A stretch of DNA of 64,000 bases from a virus (IMGVR_UViG_3300032038_000007:1-64000); one strand, 5' to 3'. Counted from the first letter of the stretch, positions 1-8,750 are shown. Notes: generated by a model not told the origin, from the sequence alone. Numbers and translations: made by a program.

Positions 1-39
1 TTGAACATCTATAAAAAAAAAAAAAAAAAATAAACTGGG

Positions 40-378
40 TCATTTCTGACCCAGCACACCGCCGTATCGTGCATCAATCACCCTGTCATCATAGACCGTT
101 TCCGTTCCCATATCCTCCATCGTCATCGCCACCACATCGCCCACGTCATAGTCTTCGATGCCGTAGAACACCCAGCACAGACCCGCGCCATCCTCCACCA
201 CCACGCAATCCATAGCGTGATTCACCGACCGCACCACACCACACGAGGGGTAGATGTGAGACGCGAACTCATCCGCACCCGCTCCCTTGCCCCTCATATA
301 GCCACCCTGCGCCGCGAACACCATCACCAGCAGAACCATCACCATCACCAGCGCGAAGACCACGTTACTGTTACGCAT
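40..378 (-). CDS. Hypothetical protein with N-terminal TM/signal segment
   Basis: GGAGG SD; minus-strand promoter TTGACA(440-435)-N17-TATACT(417-412); TGA stop. Confidence 0.75.
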   Translation of the reverse strand: MRNSNVVFALVMVMVLLVMVFAAQGGYMRGKGAGADEFASHIYPSCGVVRSVNHAMDCVVVEDGAGLCWVFYGIEDYDVGDVVAMTMEDMGTETVYDDRVIDARYGGVLGQK

Positions 379-535
379 TCGTTTCTTCCTCCCTTTCTTT
401 AGTACACTCGTAGTATATCATATCCCCTTCCAAATGTCAACCCCTTTCGCACAAAAAACTTTTCTCAAAAATCTATTGACAACCCGACACATTTATGCTA
501 TACTCTATACGTGCCCAAGAAAAGGAGGAATCGCA

Positions 536-871
536 ATGATGACCTATTACAAGATGACTGGCGTGTTAGCCCCGAATTGTACCCCATGGTGCCAAGGCCA
601 CACTATCTATTACGGCATCAACTCAGAATCATGGCTTGGAGTTGAAGGGATTCGCATCAGAACTTTCGAGAAATTTGGTCTTCACAACATTCGCCAATAC
701 GGTAGACTGAATGATAAGGAAGTTTCCCCGATAAAAATGGCACTGTTACTGCTGACGGGCAAGGTCAAAGTTGGCGATGTGCATGATATTTATAAGTTTC
801 GTGAACCCGTGTATATCACTGGCAAACTCCCCCACTTGTGGACTCCCCGCCCGTATGGAAAAAGGGCTTGA
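536..871 (+). CDS. Hypothetical protein
   Basis: AAGGAGG SD before ATG 536; promoter TTGACA 476-N17-TATACT 499. Confidence 0.75.
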   Translation: MMTYYKMTGVLAPNCTPWCQGHTIYYGINSESWLGVEGIRIRTFEKFGLHNIRQYGRLNDKEVSPIKMALLLLTGKVKVGDVHDIYKFREPVYITGKLPHLWTPRPYGKRA

Positions 872-962
872 CAAACGGTTGGCCCGTATTCAGCACCGGG
901 CCATTGTAAATTAGATGTTAAACATCTACAAAAATCCTAAAATAAAAACCCCTTTCGGGGTC

Positions 963-1175
963 TTAGTCATAGTAGTTCTTCACAACCGCCACAATAGCCA
1001 CCACAAGCACAATGAGAATAGCCACCGCGAAACCAATCCACAGGGGAGCCAGCACCCACACCCACGACCAGTCAATCACACCGCACAGCTTCAGCGTAAT
1101 GAAGATAAGCGTCAGCACACTGCCGAATCCCAGACCGCCATTAGCACCGTTGTTGTTCCTGTTGTTGTTCTTCAT
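963..1175 (-). CDS. Small two-TM membrane protein of a common phage family (LKLxGxIxWSWxWVLAPLW)
   Basis: AAGGAGG SD; recognisable motif; own minus-strand promoter. Confidence 0.75.
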   Translation of the reverse strand: MKNNNRNNNGANGGLGFGSVLTLIFITLKLCGVIDWSWVWVLAPLWIGFAVAILIVLVVAIVAVVKNYYD

Positions 1176-1247
1176 ACCAGTTTCCTCCTTCAATCTTTCC
1201 CGGTGTCTCTCACCGTGATTATATTGTATCACATCCAGTGAATTTTG

Positions 1248-1719
1248 TCAAGCACTTTTTTCATTCAGTGTGAAAGAAATTTCTGTCCAGCTTTCGGAAC
1301 AATTCCTCAGTTCTTTGGTGAAGCCTTCAAGTTCAAACTTTTCCATCAACAGGGTGCGCATTTTACCGCCCCACCACGTGCAATGGACTTTCCAGAAGTG
1401 GCGGTCTTTCCTTTTGAGATACCGCTTAGCGATGCTATAATTCCAGCCCATACCGTTGTCGAAGAAGTAAAAACTTTTATCTTCGGCGTCCCAATGAGAG
1501 CGGCGGGGGAATGTAGTAGTTCAGAATTTCAGTAGCACGCTCTTCACTCCATTCTTCTTTGCTGTTGCGCCACGAGCGATATTTGCTAACCAGAATACTG
1601 CCACCCCAGATGGGGAACAGAATCACGCGCATGACCTTATAACCATTCTTACACCACCACTTGCGCGCCTTGTGCTTCTTCTTGTCGCCCTGCATTGCCT
1701 TGATAACTTCGTTTGTCAT
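1248..1719 (-). pseudogene. Hypothetical gene split by a 1-nt frameshift at a G5 run (1505-1509)
   Basis: Removing one base joins ORF 1477-1719 (...YYIP) to RRSHWDAEDKSFYFFDNG-MGWNYS... (ORF 1248-1451); could be a sequencing error. Confidence 0.6.
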
Positions 1720-2014
1720 GGTAGTTACTTCCTTTCTATCCCCTTGGGACATTCTCATTATAACATGGCGTATGAGAAAAGTCAATAACAGATTTTTAAC
1801 AAGTTAGATGTTCAACATCTATAATCAATGCTTGACTTTTATCGAATCTTCGACTATAATAATAATTGTCAGGAGGGACAAGAGGACCTCACGAAGCCAC
1901 CATCGAGTGGCTACCGCAGAGCGGTGGGTGTGAGAAATCAAATGAACCTCAAAGCGAACCTCAAAAAACCTCTTGACAAAAACCACAATCTGTGGTACAA
2001 TACAATTGTTCCAA

Positions 2015-2088
2015 GGGATGTTAGCTCAGCTGGTTAGAGCACTCGCCTGATAAGCGAGAGGTCGGTGGTTCAAATCCACCACGTCCCA
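2015..2088 (+). tRNA. tRNA-Ile(GAU)
   Basis: Full cloverleaf; anticodon arm CTCGC-CTGATAA-GCGAG; promoter at 1973-2001. Confidence 0.95.
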
Positions 2089-2143
2089 TGCGTGGGCCTA
2101 CAACGGTTGGATGTGCAGTAGGCATCTAGCCCCGCATTTCAAA

Positions 2144-2186
2144 GCGCCTGATGAGAGAGTAACGCCTCGAAACATTCATGTCGCGC
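2144..2186 (+). ncRNA. Type I hammerhead ribozyme
   Basis: GCGC-CTGATGA-GAG(agtaacgc)CTC-GAAA-CA(ttca)TG-TC-GCGC: intact core, stems I-III pair, GUC cleavage triplet ending at 2182. Confidence 0.8.
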
Positions 2187-2372
2187 GGAGTCACCCTAGC
2201 GGGGGAATAACTGGTGACCAGTCCAACCACACGGTATCCATAAGTGCGGGGTCACACCCTATGTTGCGGAGCCGCAAGCGCAATGCAAGCGTTAACCACC
2301 AGAGTAGTTGGTGCTACTCCGCTGTTGTAAGAACCACTATGGATACTGCCCCTGATACTCACAGGGGAACAT

Positions 2373-2445
2373 GGACTCGTAGCTCAACTGGTAGAGCAGG
2401 AGACTGAAAATCTCCGTGTAGGTGGTTCGACCCCACCCGTGTCCA
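2373..2445 (+). tRNA. tRNA-Phe(GAA)
   Basis: Cloverleaf; anticodon arm GGAGA-CTGAAAA-TCTCC. Confidence 0.93.
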
Positions 2446-2559
2446 TTATTTCAATTAGATGTTCAACATCTAATATCAATTCAATTTTCCCTTGACTATT
2501 TCCCATATCTATGCTATACTTTCATTGTGCTCAAGGAGCACAAGAAGGAGGAAAGAAAA

Positions 2560-2823
2560 ATGGAACTGGTCATCAACACGTGCTTCGGTGGGTTCGGTCT
2601 CTCGAAGAAGGCGCACGCTTGGCTTGGCACTAACGACACTCCTGACCGCGAAGACCCGCGCCTTGTGGAATGTGTTCGCACTCTTGGCGAAGAAGCTAAT
2701 GGCGAGTTCGCAGAGCTGGAAGTCGTCGAACTCCCTGGCGGCGTGACAGACTGGGAAGTCGAGGAGTACGATGGAGCTGAATCCGTAATTTACGTACTGG
2801 ACGGAAAAATCCACCATCTGTGA
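2560..2823 (+). CDS. Conserved phage hypothetical protein (VINxxFGGFGLS...EYDGAES)
   Basis: AAGGAGG SD; promoter 2492-2520; C-terminal motif shared with 12069-12467. Confidence 0.85.
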   Translation: MELVINTCFGGFGLSKKAHAWLGTNDTPDREDPRLVECVRTLGEEANGEFAELEVVELPGGVTDWEVEEYDGAESVIYVLDGKIHHL

Positions 2824-2941
2824 GCGTAGCTCACACTCCTTATATTAGATGTTGAACATCTAATAACTTAAAATTTCCTCTTGACTTTCTTCCCAAAGTA
2901 TGCTACAATAAAGATACCCCAAGAGGAAAGGATGAAACTGG

Positions 2942-3379
2942 ATGAAGGAAATCTGGTTCGATATGGACGGCACTGTGGCTAACCTCTATGGCGTAGAAGG
3001 TTGGCTTGAAGACTTGATTCACGAACGCACCCGCCCCTACAATATGGCGAAGCCGATGGTGAATATGGCGTTGCTTGCCCGTTATCTGCATAAGGCACAG
3101 CGCAAGGGATATAAGGTGGGCGTGATTTCGTGGACTGCCAAAAATGGCAATGACCTATACAATGGCGAAGTCGCCCTTGCCAAGATGGCGTGGCTTCACA
3201 AGCATCTGCCCTCTGTCGTGTGGGATAAGATTCACATTGTACCATACGGCACTGACAAGCGCAAGACTTGTGGCGGTGGTATCCTGTTCGATGATGAAGA
3301 GGGCAACCGCAAAGCGTGGGGCAAAGGCGCCTATACCCCTGATATGATCCTGGCTGTACTGAAAGGAGTAACAACATGA
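2942..3379 (+). CDS. HAD-superfamily hydrolase (5'-nucleotidase-like)
   Basis: Motif I FDMDGT and C-terminal ILFDD; promoter 2881-2909. Confidence 0.8.
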   Translation: MKEIWFDMDGTVANLYGVEGWLEDLIHERTRPYNMAKPMVNMALLARYLHKAQRKGYKVGVISWTAKNGNDLYNGEVALAKMAWLHKHLPSVVWDKIHIVPYGTDKRKTCGGGILFDDEEGNRKAWGKGAYTPDMILAVLKGVTT

Positions 3380-3549
3380 TGCTGATTGAAGATTTGACCA
3401 AAGCACTATGGATGTTAAATGGCGAAGAACTCGGCGCAGTCTCCGCTATCTATGGCGGAAAGATTTATATGGCGGATGGTCGTGTTGCCTTTGTGGATAT
3501 GCTTGTGAAACTTTATGACAAGACTTACAATGTCACGAATAATGTATAA
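3376..3549 (+). CDS. Hypothetical 57-aa protein
   Basis: AAGGAG SD; ATGA overlap with upstream stop. Confidence 0.65.
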   Translation: MMLIEDLTKALWMLNGEELGAVSAIYGGKIYMADGRVAFVDMLVKLYDKTYNVTNNV

Positions 3550-3646
3550 AATTCGTGACATCCTCAATAATTAGATGTTCAACATCTAACCGGAGTGTTG
3601 ACAGCCGTCCACCTATATGGTATAATCGCATTGTAAGAAAGGAGCG

Positions 3647-3883
3647 ATGAAAATGCGTGATGCGACAAAGGGTACCTACAACGGCGAAACCACCTACTGC
3701 CCTGTGAATGCCTATGGTGACTGCCCCTACTGTGACCAGTGCTGTGTCTGCCACATCGAAGACCCTATGGAAGACTGCGATGATTGGGGTATGTTCTACT
3801 CCTCGTGGTTTGAGTGGGTAACTCTGGGAGATATGGCGCCCTCTCCCGACGAACCTATCGAAGAAGAAGACCTTCCGTTCTGA
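3647..3883 (+). CDS. Small Cys-rich acidic protein
   Basis: AAGGAG SD; promoter 3598-3626; CP..CPYC..C.C cluster. Confidence 0.7.
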   Translation: MKMRDATKGTYNGETTYCPVNAYGDCPYCDQCCVCHIEDPMEDCDDWGMFYSSWFEWVTLGDMAPSPDEPIEEEDLPF

Positions 3884-3898
3884 TGGAGGACAATAACG

Positions 3899-4102
3899 AT
3901 GAGTAAGAAAACCGCAGTGCGGCAGCAAGTTGAAGCTATGGCAGAAAACTTCTGTGAAACTTTTCTTGACGATTACCAGTGCGCAGACTGGGGCGTCACT
4001 GCAACAAAATTCGCCCGCTTATGTATTGACGAATTGACTAAACAGCTTACCCAGCTTGCTTACGAACTGGATGATGAGAGGTTGGAAGATAATGAAGATT
4101 AA
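3899..4102 (+). CDS. Hypothetical protein
   Basis: GGAGG SD; operon position. Confidence 0.7.
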   Translation: MSKKTAVRQQVEAMAENFCETFLDDYQCADWGVTATKFARLCIDELTKQLTQLAYELDDERLEDNED

Positions 4103-4247
4103 GTTCACGCAGGAAGAAATGGACGCAATTGAAGTCGCCTATTATGACCACGAGGGTATTGTGCCATGCAATATTTCCCATACTCCCAAAGAAAAAGAGT
4201 ACCGAATGTTACAACAGTTGTGGCTGAAAATGGCAAAAAATAGGTGA
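4092..4247 (+). CDS. Hypothetical protein
   Basis: Overlaps upstream stop; GAGG SD. Confidence 0.55.
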   Translation: MKIKFTQEEMDAIEVAYYDHEGIVPCNISHTPKEKEYRMLQQLWLKMAKNR

Positions 4248-4398
4248 AAAGAAAGCAAAAGAATTATGGGAGGAGTAATCCTCCTTCTGCCATTAGATGT
4301 TCAACATCTAATTAAAAATTTGACTTTTATCGAAAATCGTAGTATAATCAAATCATCAAGTGAAGGAAAACACTTAAAAACCAGAAAGGACTTACCGA

Positions 4399-4758
4399 AT
4401 GAACGCTATGCAGAAGAAGATTGCCGCCCGTGCCGCCACCATCTCCGCCCTGTCCCAGATTCTCGAGGAACTCGCCGCCGTCCAGTTCGGAGACGCCAGC
4501 TTCGCGGTTCTCCAGAATGTGGAAGGTCAGGAGATTTGGACTGAAATCTCTGTGAAGGCGAAGGCGTTCACGCCCACCAAGACTTCCCCGGAATTTGACC
4601 CCTTCGTGGCCGCTGAGGAATGGAAGACTGACAAGGAAATCAAGGCCAAGGAGAAGGCCGAGAAGGCCAAGGAAAAGGCGGCGAAGATTGCCCGCGATGA
4701 AGCCCGTCGCGCCGCCAAGAACAACACCGAATCCGGAGAGGAAGAGGAGGGGGAGTAA
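4399..4758 (+). CDS. Hypothetical protein with Lys/Glu/Ala-rich helix
   Basis: Promoter 4320-4348; SD; strongly biased GC3-rich codons. Confidence 0.85.
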   Translation: MNAMQKKIAARAATISALSQILEELAAVQFGDASFAVLQNVEGQEIWTEISVKAKAFTPTKTSPEFDPFVAAEEWKTDKEIKAKEKAEKAKEKAAKIARDEARRAAKNNTESGEEEEGE

Positions 4759-4910
4759 TCCCCTTCCTTTTTCTGTAAACAAAAGTTAGATGTTGAACAT
4801 CTATTATTCTCGCCCAAACAAAAAAATTTCCTCTTGACTTTTCTCCAATATATGATATAATTCTATTTGTAAAGAGGAAGGACACCTCACAAACCGGAAA
4901 GGGATACCGT

Positions 4911-5594
4911 ATGAAGAAGACCATCATGATTCTGGACACTGAGACTTGCAACATTGAACAGACAGAACAGGTCAAAAGGGGTAATAATCTGACCTACAAT
5001 ATCGGTTGGCAGATTGTTACCCCTTGCAATGGCGAAGTCCTCGAACAGCGTTCTTACCTGATTGATGAGATTTTCCTTGGTGAAACCACCCGCATGACTT
5101 CGTGCTACTATGCGGAAAAAATTCCCCAATATTTTGATGGCTTGTGGAACGGTGAATATGAAATCGAAAGTTTCTTCGCGGTTCTGCTGAGCATTGAGCG
5201 GGCTTGCAAAGAGTACAATGTGACTGCGATTTGTGCACATAATGCCGCATTCGATGTGGATGCTCTGAACACCACTCTGCGCTATCTCACGGGTTATGAG
5301 TACATTAGGGCACTTCCGCAGGGTATCGAAATTTGGGACAGCATGAAGATGGCAAATAGCATCTTTGGCAAGCGTCCCACTTATCGAAAGTTCTGTCAGG
5401 ATAACGGTTTTATGACAAAACACGCCACGCCTCGTCCTCGCCTAACTGCCGAAGTTCTTTATCGTTTCATCACTAACGATATTGACTTTGAAGAAGAGCA
5501 CACCGCCCTTGCCGATGTCATCATTGAAACGGCAATCGTTCTCGCTTGCTACCGCTCCCACAAAAAATTCGACCGTGTTCTGTATCCGGCTTGA
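4911..5594 (+). CDS. DEDDh 3'-5' exonuclease (DnaQ-like)
   Basis: ExoI LDTET, ExoII HNAAFD, ExoIII EEHTALAD. Confidence 0.88.
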   Translation: MKKTIMILDTETCNIEQTEQVKRGNNLTYNIGWQIVTPCNGEVLEQRSYLIDEIFLGETTRMTSCYYAEKIPQYFDGLWNGEYEIESFFAVLLSIERACKEYNVTAICAHNAAFDVDALNTTLRYLTGYEYIRALPQGIEIWDSMKMANSIFGKRPTYRKFCQDNGFMTKHATPRPRLTAEVLYRFITNDIDFEEEHTALADVIIETAIVLACYRSHKKFDRVLYPA

Positions 5595-5723
5595 TGCCGG
5601 ATTTTTTCTTGGACAACTTAGATGTTGAACATCTAACAATTTCCTATTGACAATTTCAAATCCGCATGATATAATCTATACGAAAGGTGAAGGAAAACAC
5701 CACAAACCAGAAAGGGTACCGCA

Positions 5724-6020
5724 ATGTTCCTGTCTCACTATCTGCATGAAATCATCCGCACGCCCAAGAATGAGATTGTCCTGCTTGATGTGACCGACAC
5801 CCCTGACTGCGGCTGGGAAGGCGCGTATGCCATCTTCGATGAGGACGCTTTCCGCGACTGGTGGCAGGAAGCTGGGATTGATGAGGACTACACCTTCGAG
5901 GACATCTGCGAGTGCGGCGAAGAAGCCGAAGCGTTCGACAACTGGATTGTGGTCAGCAACCACCACCGTTCTCCCGAGGTTGCCGAACGGCGTCTGCGCA
6001 AGGCCATTGCCAATCTGTAA
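5724..6020 (+). CDS. Acidic hypothetical protein
   Basis: Promoter 5647-5675; SD; terminator after stop. Confidence 0.8.
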   Translation: MFLSHYLHEIIRTPKNEIVLLDVTDTPDCGWEGAYAIFDEDAFRDWWQEAGIDEDYTFEDICECGEEAEAFDNWIVVSNHHRSPEVAERRLRKAIANL

Positions 6021-6151
6021 TAGCCCTTCGGGGCTTTTTATTTTTAAGAAAGTTAGATGTTCAACATCTAATAGTCCTATTGACAATCATACTTCGCTAT
6101 GATACAATCCCTATGAAAGGTGAAGGACACACCCTAAACCAAAAGGAGGAA

Positions 6152-6397
6152 ATGGAAATGAAGAAACTGGAAATTGCACGCATCGTTGTTCTGATTCTCG
6201 GCGTGGTTGCGGTGGTGATTGCCATGTGCGTGCGCATTCCCTATGAGATGCGGGAATACAATGATGGCGTTTGCCCCGCCTGCGGTGGAATGTACCATCT
6301 GGTGGGTACTCCCACCAAAGTTGCCAACTACTTCACCTATGAGTGCGAAGACTGCGGGCATACAGTGCTGACACACCTCTGCCTTTCCGGAAAGTAA
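6152..6397 (+). CDS. Membrane-anchored zinc-ribbon protein
   Basis: N-terminal TM; CPACG...CEDCG; AAGGAGG SD. Confidence 0.8.
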   Translation: MEMKKLEIARIVVLILGVVAVVIAMCVRIPYEMREYNDGVCPACGGMYHLVGTPTKVANYFTYECEDCGHTVLTHLCLSGK

Positions 6398-6411
6398 CAA
6401 TAAAGGAGGAA

Positions 6412-6729
6412 ATGAAAATGAAGATTTCTCGTCAGGAATGTGCCTACATCATGAATCGGCCGCAGGGGTATTTCTACAACTATGAATTACAGAAAACTTC
6501 AGATATTACCTATCGTATCACTCCCATTGTCAAACTCCTTCCTTATACTCTACTGTTCATTCCGATTCATTTTTGGCAAGCACTCTGGTGCGTATGGGAT
6601 GGCGGATTGAAAGAATTTCGCATTGAGCCTCGGCGTGGTTGCCCGGACACTTTCTTCAAGCCTTGCCCCTACAACCCTAAAGATAGCCGATGGGAACGCG
6701 CAGATGAAATCTACCAGAAGCATCAGTAA
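6412..6729 (+). CDS. Hypothetical protein
   Basis: AAGGAGG SD. Confidence 0.75.
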   Translation: MKMKISRQECAYIMNRPQGYFYNYELQKTSDITYRITPIVKLLPYTLLFIPIHFWQALWCVWDGGLKEFRIEPRRGCPDTFFKPCPYNPKDSRWERADEIYQKHQ

Positions 6730-6865
6730 GGGCGCAAGCCCTTCCCAACTTAGATGTTCAACATCTAACTCCTGTTCCTCCAGCCCTATTGACTTTTCCC
6801 GCCAATATGATATAATCATACTTGCAAAGCGGAAGGAAAACCGCACAAACCAGAAAGGCAACCGA

Positions 6866-7627
6866 ATGTATATCATGGTCATGGACACGGAAACCACGGG
6901 ACTGGAAAAGTGCTTCTGCTACGACTTCGGCTATGTCATCGTTGACACGGATACTCATGAAATCGTCAAGCGTGAGCACTACATCGTGGAGCAGATTTGG
7001 CACAATCTCGCCCTGTTTGAGAGTGCTTACTACAAAGAGAAGCGCCCCAACTATGTCCAGCTGATGCGGGCGCGGAAGGCCACCATGGATAAGTGGGGAT
7101 ACATCATGCGCAATGCGGCGCGTGATATTCGTGAGTATCATATCACTGATGCCTACGCCTACAATAGCACTTTTGACGACAAGGTTATCTCCTACAATTG
7201 CGATTGGTACAAGTGCATCAATCCTTTTGATACCGTGGCAATCCATGATATTTGGGGCTATGCTTCTCAGTTCATCACAAACTCCCCTGACTATCGCGCC
7301 TATTGCGAAGAGCACTCCCGCTTTACTGATACTGGAAATTACAGCGGGAGCGCGGAAAGTGTCTATCAGTTCATTTCCCTTGAGTTCGACTTTGTAGAAG
7401 ACCACATGGGGCTGTATGACAGCGAAATCGAAGCCGCGATTCTCCTCTACTGTCTGGACAAGGGCGCGAAATTGGGCGAAGACTACAAGGTGAATAAGGT
7501 GCTGCCCAGGGTGCAGGAGAAGCCCTTCACCATCAAAGTCAACGGTCAGGTGATTTATACCGGATTGTACATCAAGAGTTACAAGCGCAATGATGTTTAT
7601 AATTTCACAACTATCGAGGGGAATTAA
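6866..7627 (+). CDS. DEDDh 3'-5' exonuclease (paralog of 4911-5594)
   Basis: MDTETTG, AYNSTFD, EDHMGLYD; shares SxYYxEKxPxY and DFxEEH-like blocks with 4911-5594. Confidence 0.85.
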   Translation: MYIMVMDTETTGLEKCFCYDFGYVIVDTDTHEIVKREHYIVEQIWHNLALFESAYYKEKRPNYVQLMRARKATMDKWGYIMRNAARDIREYHITDAYAYNSTFDDKVISYNCDWYKCINPFDTVAIHDIWGYASQFITNSPDYRAYCEEHSRFTDTGNYSGSAESVYQFISLEFDFVEDHMGLYDSEIEAAILLYCLDKGAKLGEDYKVNKVLPRVQEKPFTIKVNGQVIYTGLYIKSYKRNDVYNFTTIEGN

Positions 7628-7687
7628 TCCCCTCTAACCAAGTTAGATGTTCAACATCTAACTTTCTCTTTATAAAAAAATGGCGCT

Positions 7688-8215
7688 TTACAGCGCCAAA
7701 CAGGCATAGTCAACAATCACCGGGCGGCCACCGCGCAGACCGAAGTTCCTCCAATGAACATCACGAACATGGTCAAAAAGATACCTACATTCCTCATCAC
7801 TCAGATAGTTTTCAATTATACGGGAATCCTCGGCTTCCTCATCCCAATCCGGGGGGATATTCCTGACACGAGGCATCACGTACGCCACATACCCATTGCA
7901 CTCAATGCGCTCAATTGCGGCAAAAAGGTAACCAAATCCGTCCTTCTTTGCCGTCTCATACATTTTCACTTCTTCCTCACAGCCACCAAACATCATCCCT
8001 TCATTGCCATAGTCAATCTTAATGGCATAATCGGAAGTAATGAACACAATCCGGGTAAGACCATGGTCAACCATCACGTGCCTATGGTATTGCTGATTGA
8101 ACAGTTCAACCGCACGTTCAAACTCATATACCTTATGGCACCCCACGATATACGGGAGAAGCATGGAGAAGCATTTGAGAGCGCGCACCTGATAACTGGA
8201 CTTCATTCGTAACAC
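7688..8215 (-). CDS. Minimal protein-kinase-like (PKL/APH-fold) protein
   Basis: GLTRIVF, YAIKID, EVKMY, DVHWRNFG, PVIVDY motifs; minus-strand promoter next to palindrome 8271; true start may be ATG 8206. Confidence 0.75.
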   Translation of the reverse strand: MLRMKSSYQVRALKCFSMLLPYIVGCHKVYEFERAVELFNQQYHRHVMVDHGLTRIVFITSDYAIKIDYGNEGMMFGGCEEEVKMYETAKKDGFGYLFAAIERIECNGYVAYVMPRVRNIPPDWDEEAEDSRIIENYLSDEECRYLFDHVRDVHWRNFGLRGGRPVIVDYACLAL

Positions 8216-8299
8216 TTCCTTTCTACAATTGGAAGTATATCATAAGACCGTACCTTTGTCAACACGGAACTTAGATGTTCAACATCTAATTTGACTCTT

Positions 8300-8750
8300 G
8301 TCAAATATTTGACTAACTATAATCCCGCAACGCCATAGCCAAAATTTTCCATCCTTGTCAAATATTTGACTTATAATATCAACGAATCCAGGAGCTGGAA
8401 AAAGCTGGAAATTGGGAGCTGGGAACTATCAACCGCAGGTACCCTAAAGCTGGGACACCGCCCGCAGCTGCACCATCCCGACCGGCTTGTCAAATATTTG
8501 ACATAGGTTACATTTATAGCTCACAGTCAAATATATAACTAGCAGCTGGATATCTAAGTGACCGTACAGCGGGTGGGAGCTGGGCCACCCGCAGCTGGCA
8601 GCCTCACCCCTGTTCACATTACAGATATGCTGTCAAATACTTGACAGCGCCGGTGGAGGAGTGTATAAGCTGGACTTGTAAAATTTTTACAGCTGGCAAT
8701 AAAAAAAGAGCTGGAAGTTACTCTTCCAACTCATCCGCCTATTTAGCTGC
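8300..8750. repeat. Cluster of GTCAAATATTTGAC palindromes and same-strand AGCTG(G) repeats
   Basis: Palindromes at 8300, 8357, 8489 and 8632 (1 mismatch); about 12 AGCTG between 8393 and 8750. Confidence 0.85.
8701..8732 (-). terminator. Intrinsic terminator of the helicase-like gene
   Basis: Minus strand GAGTTGGAAG-AGTAA-CTTCCAGCTC-T7. Confidence 0.75.

Larger units (their letters stand above)
1..8289. repeat. Dispersed 19-bp palindrome TTAGATGTT(C/G/A)AACATCTAA, 12 copies plus 1 partial, all intergenic
   Basis: Copies start at 911, 1804, 2455, 2845, 3571, 4293, 4786, 5618, 6053, 6750, 7643 and 8271; right half at 1-11. None seen after 8289. Confidence 0.97.

Noticed and set aside
13-30. 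A18 run near the window start
   Set aside because: Probably the U-tract of a minus-strand terminator with uncertain homopolymer length; no other evidence of function.
1-8289. CRISPR array interpretation of the 19-bp palindromic repeat
   Set aside because: Intervals are 390-920 bp and contain whole genes with promoters; no cas genes are present.
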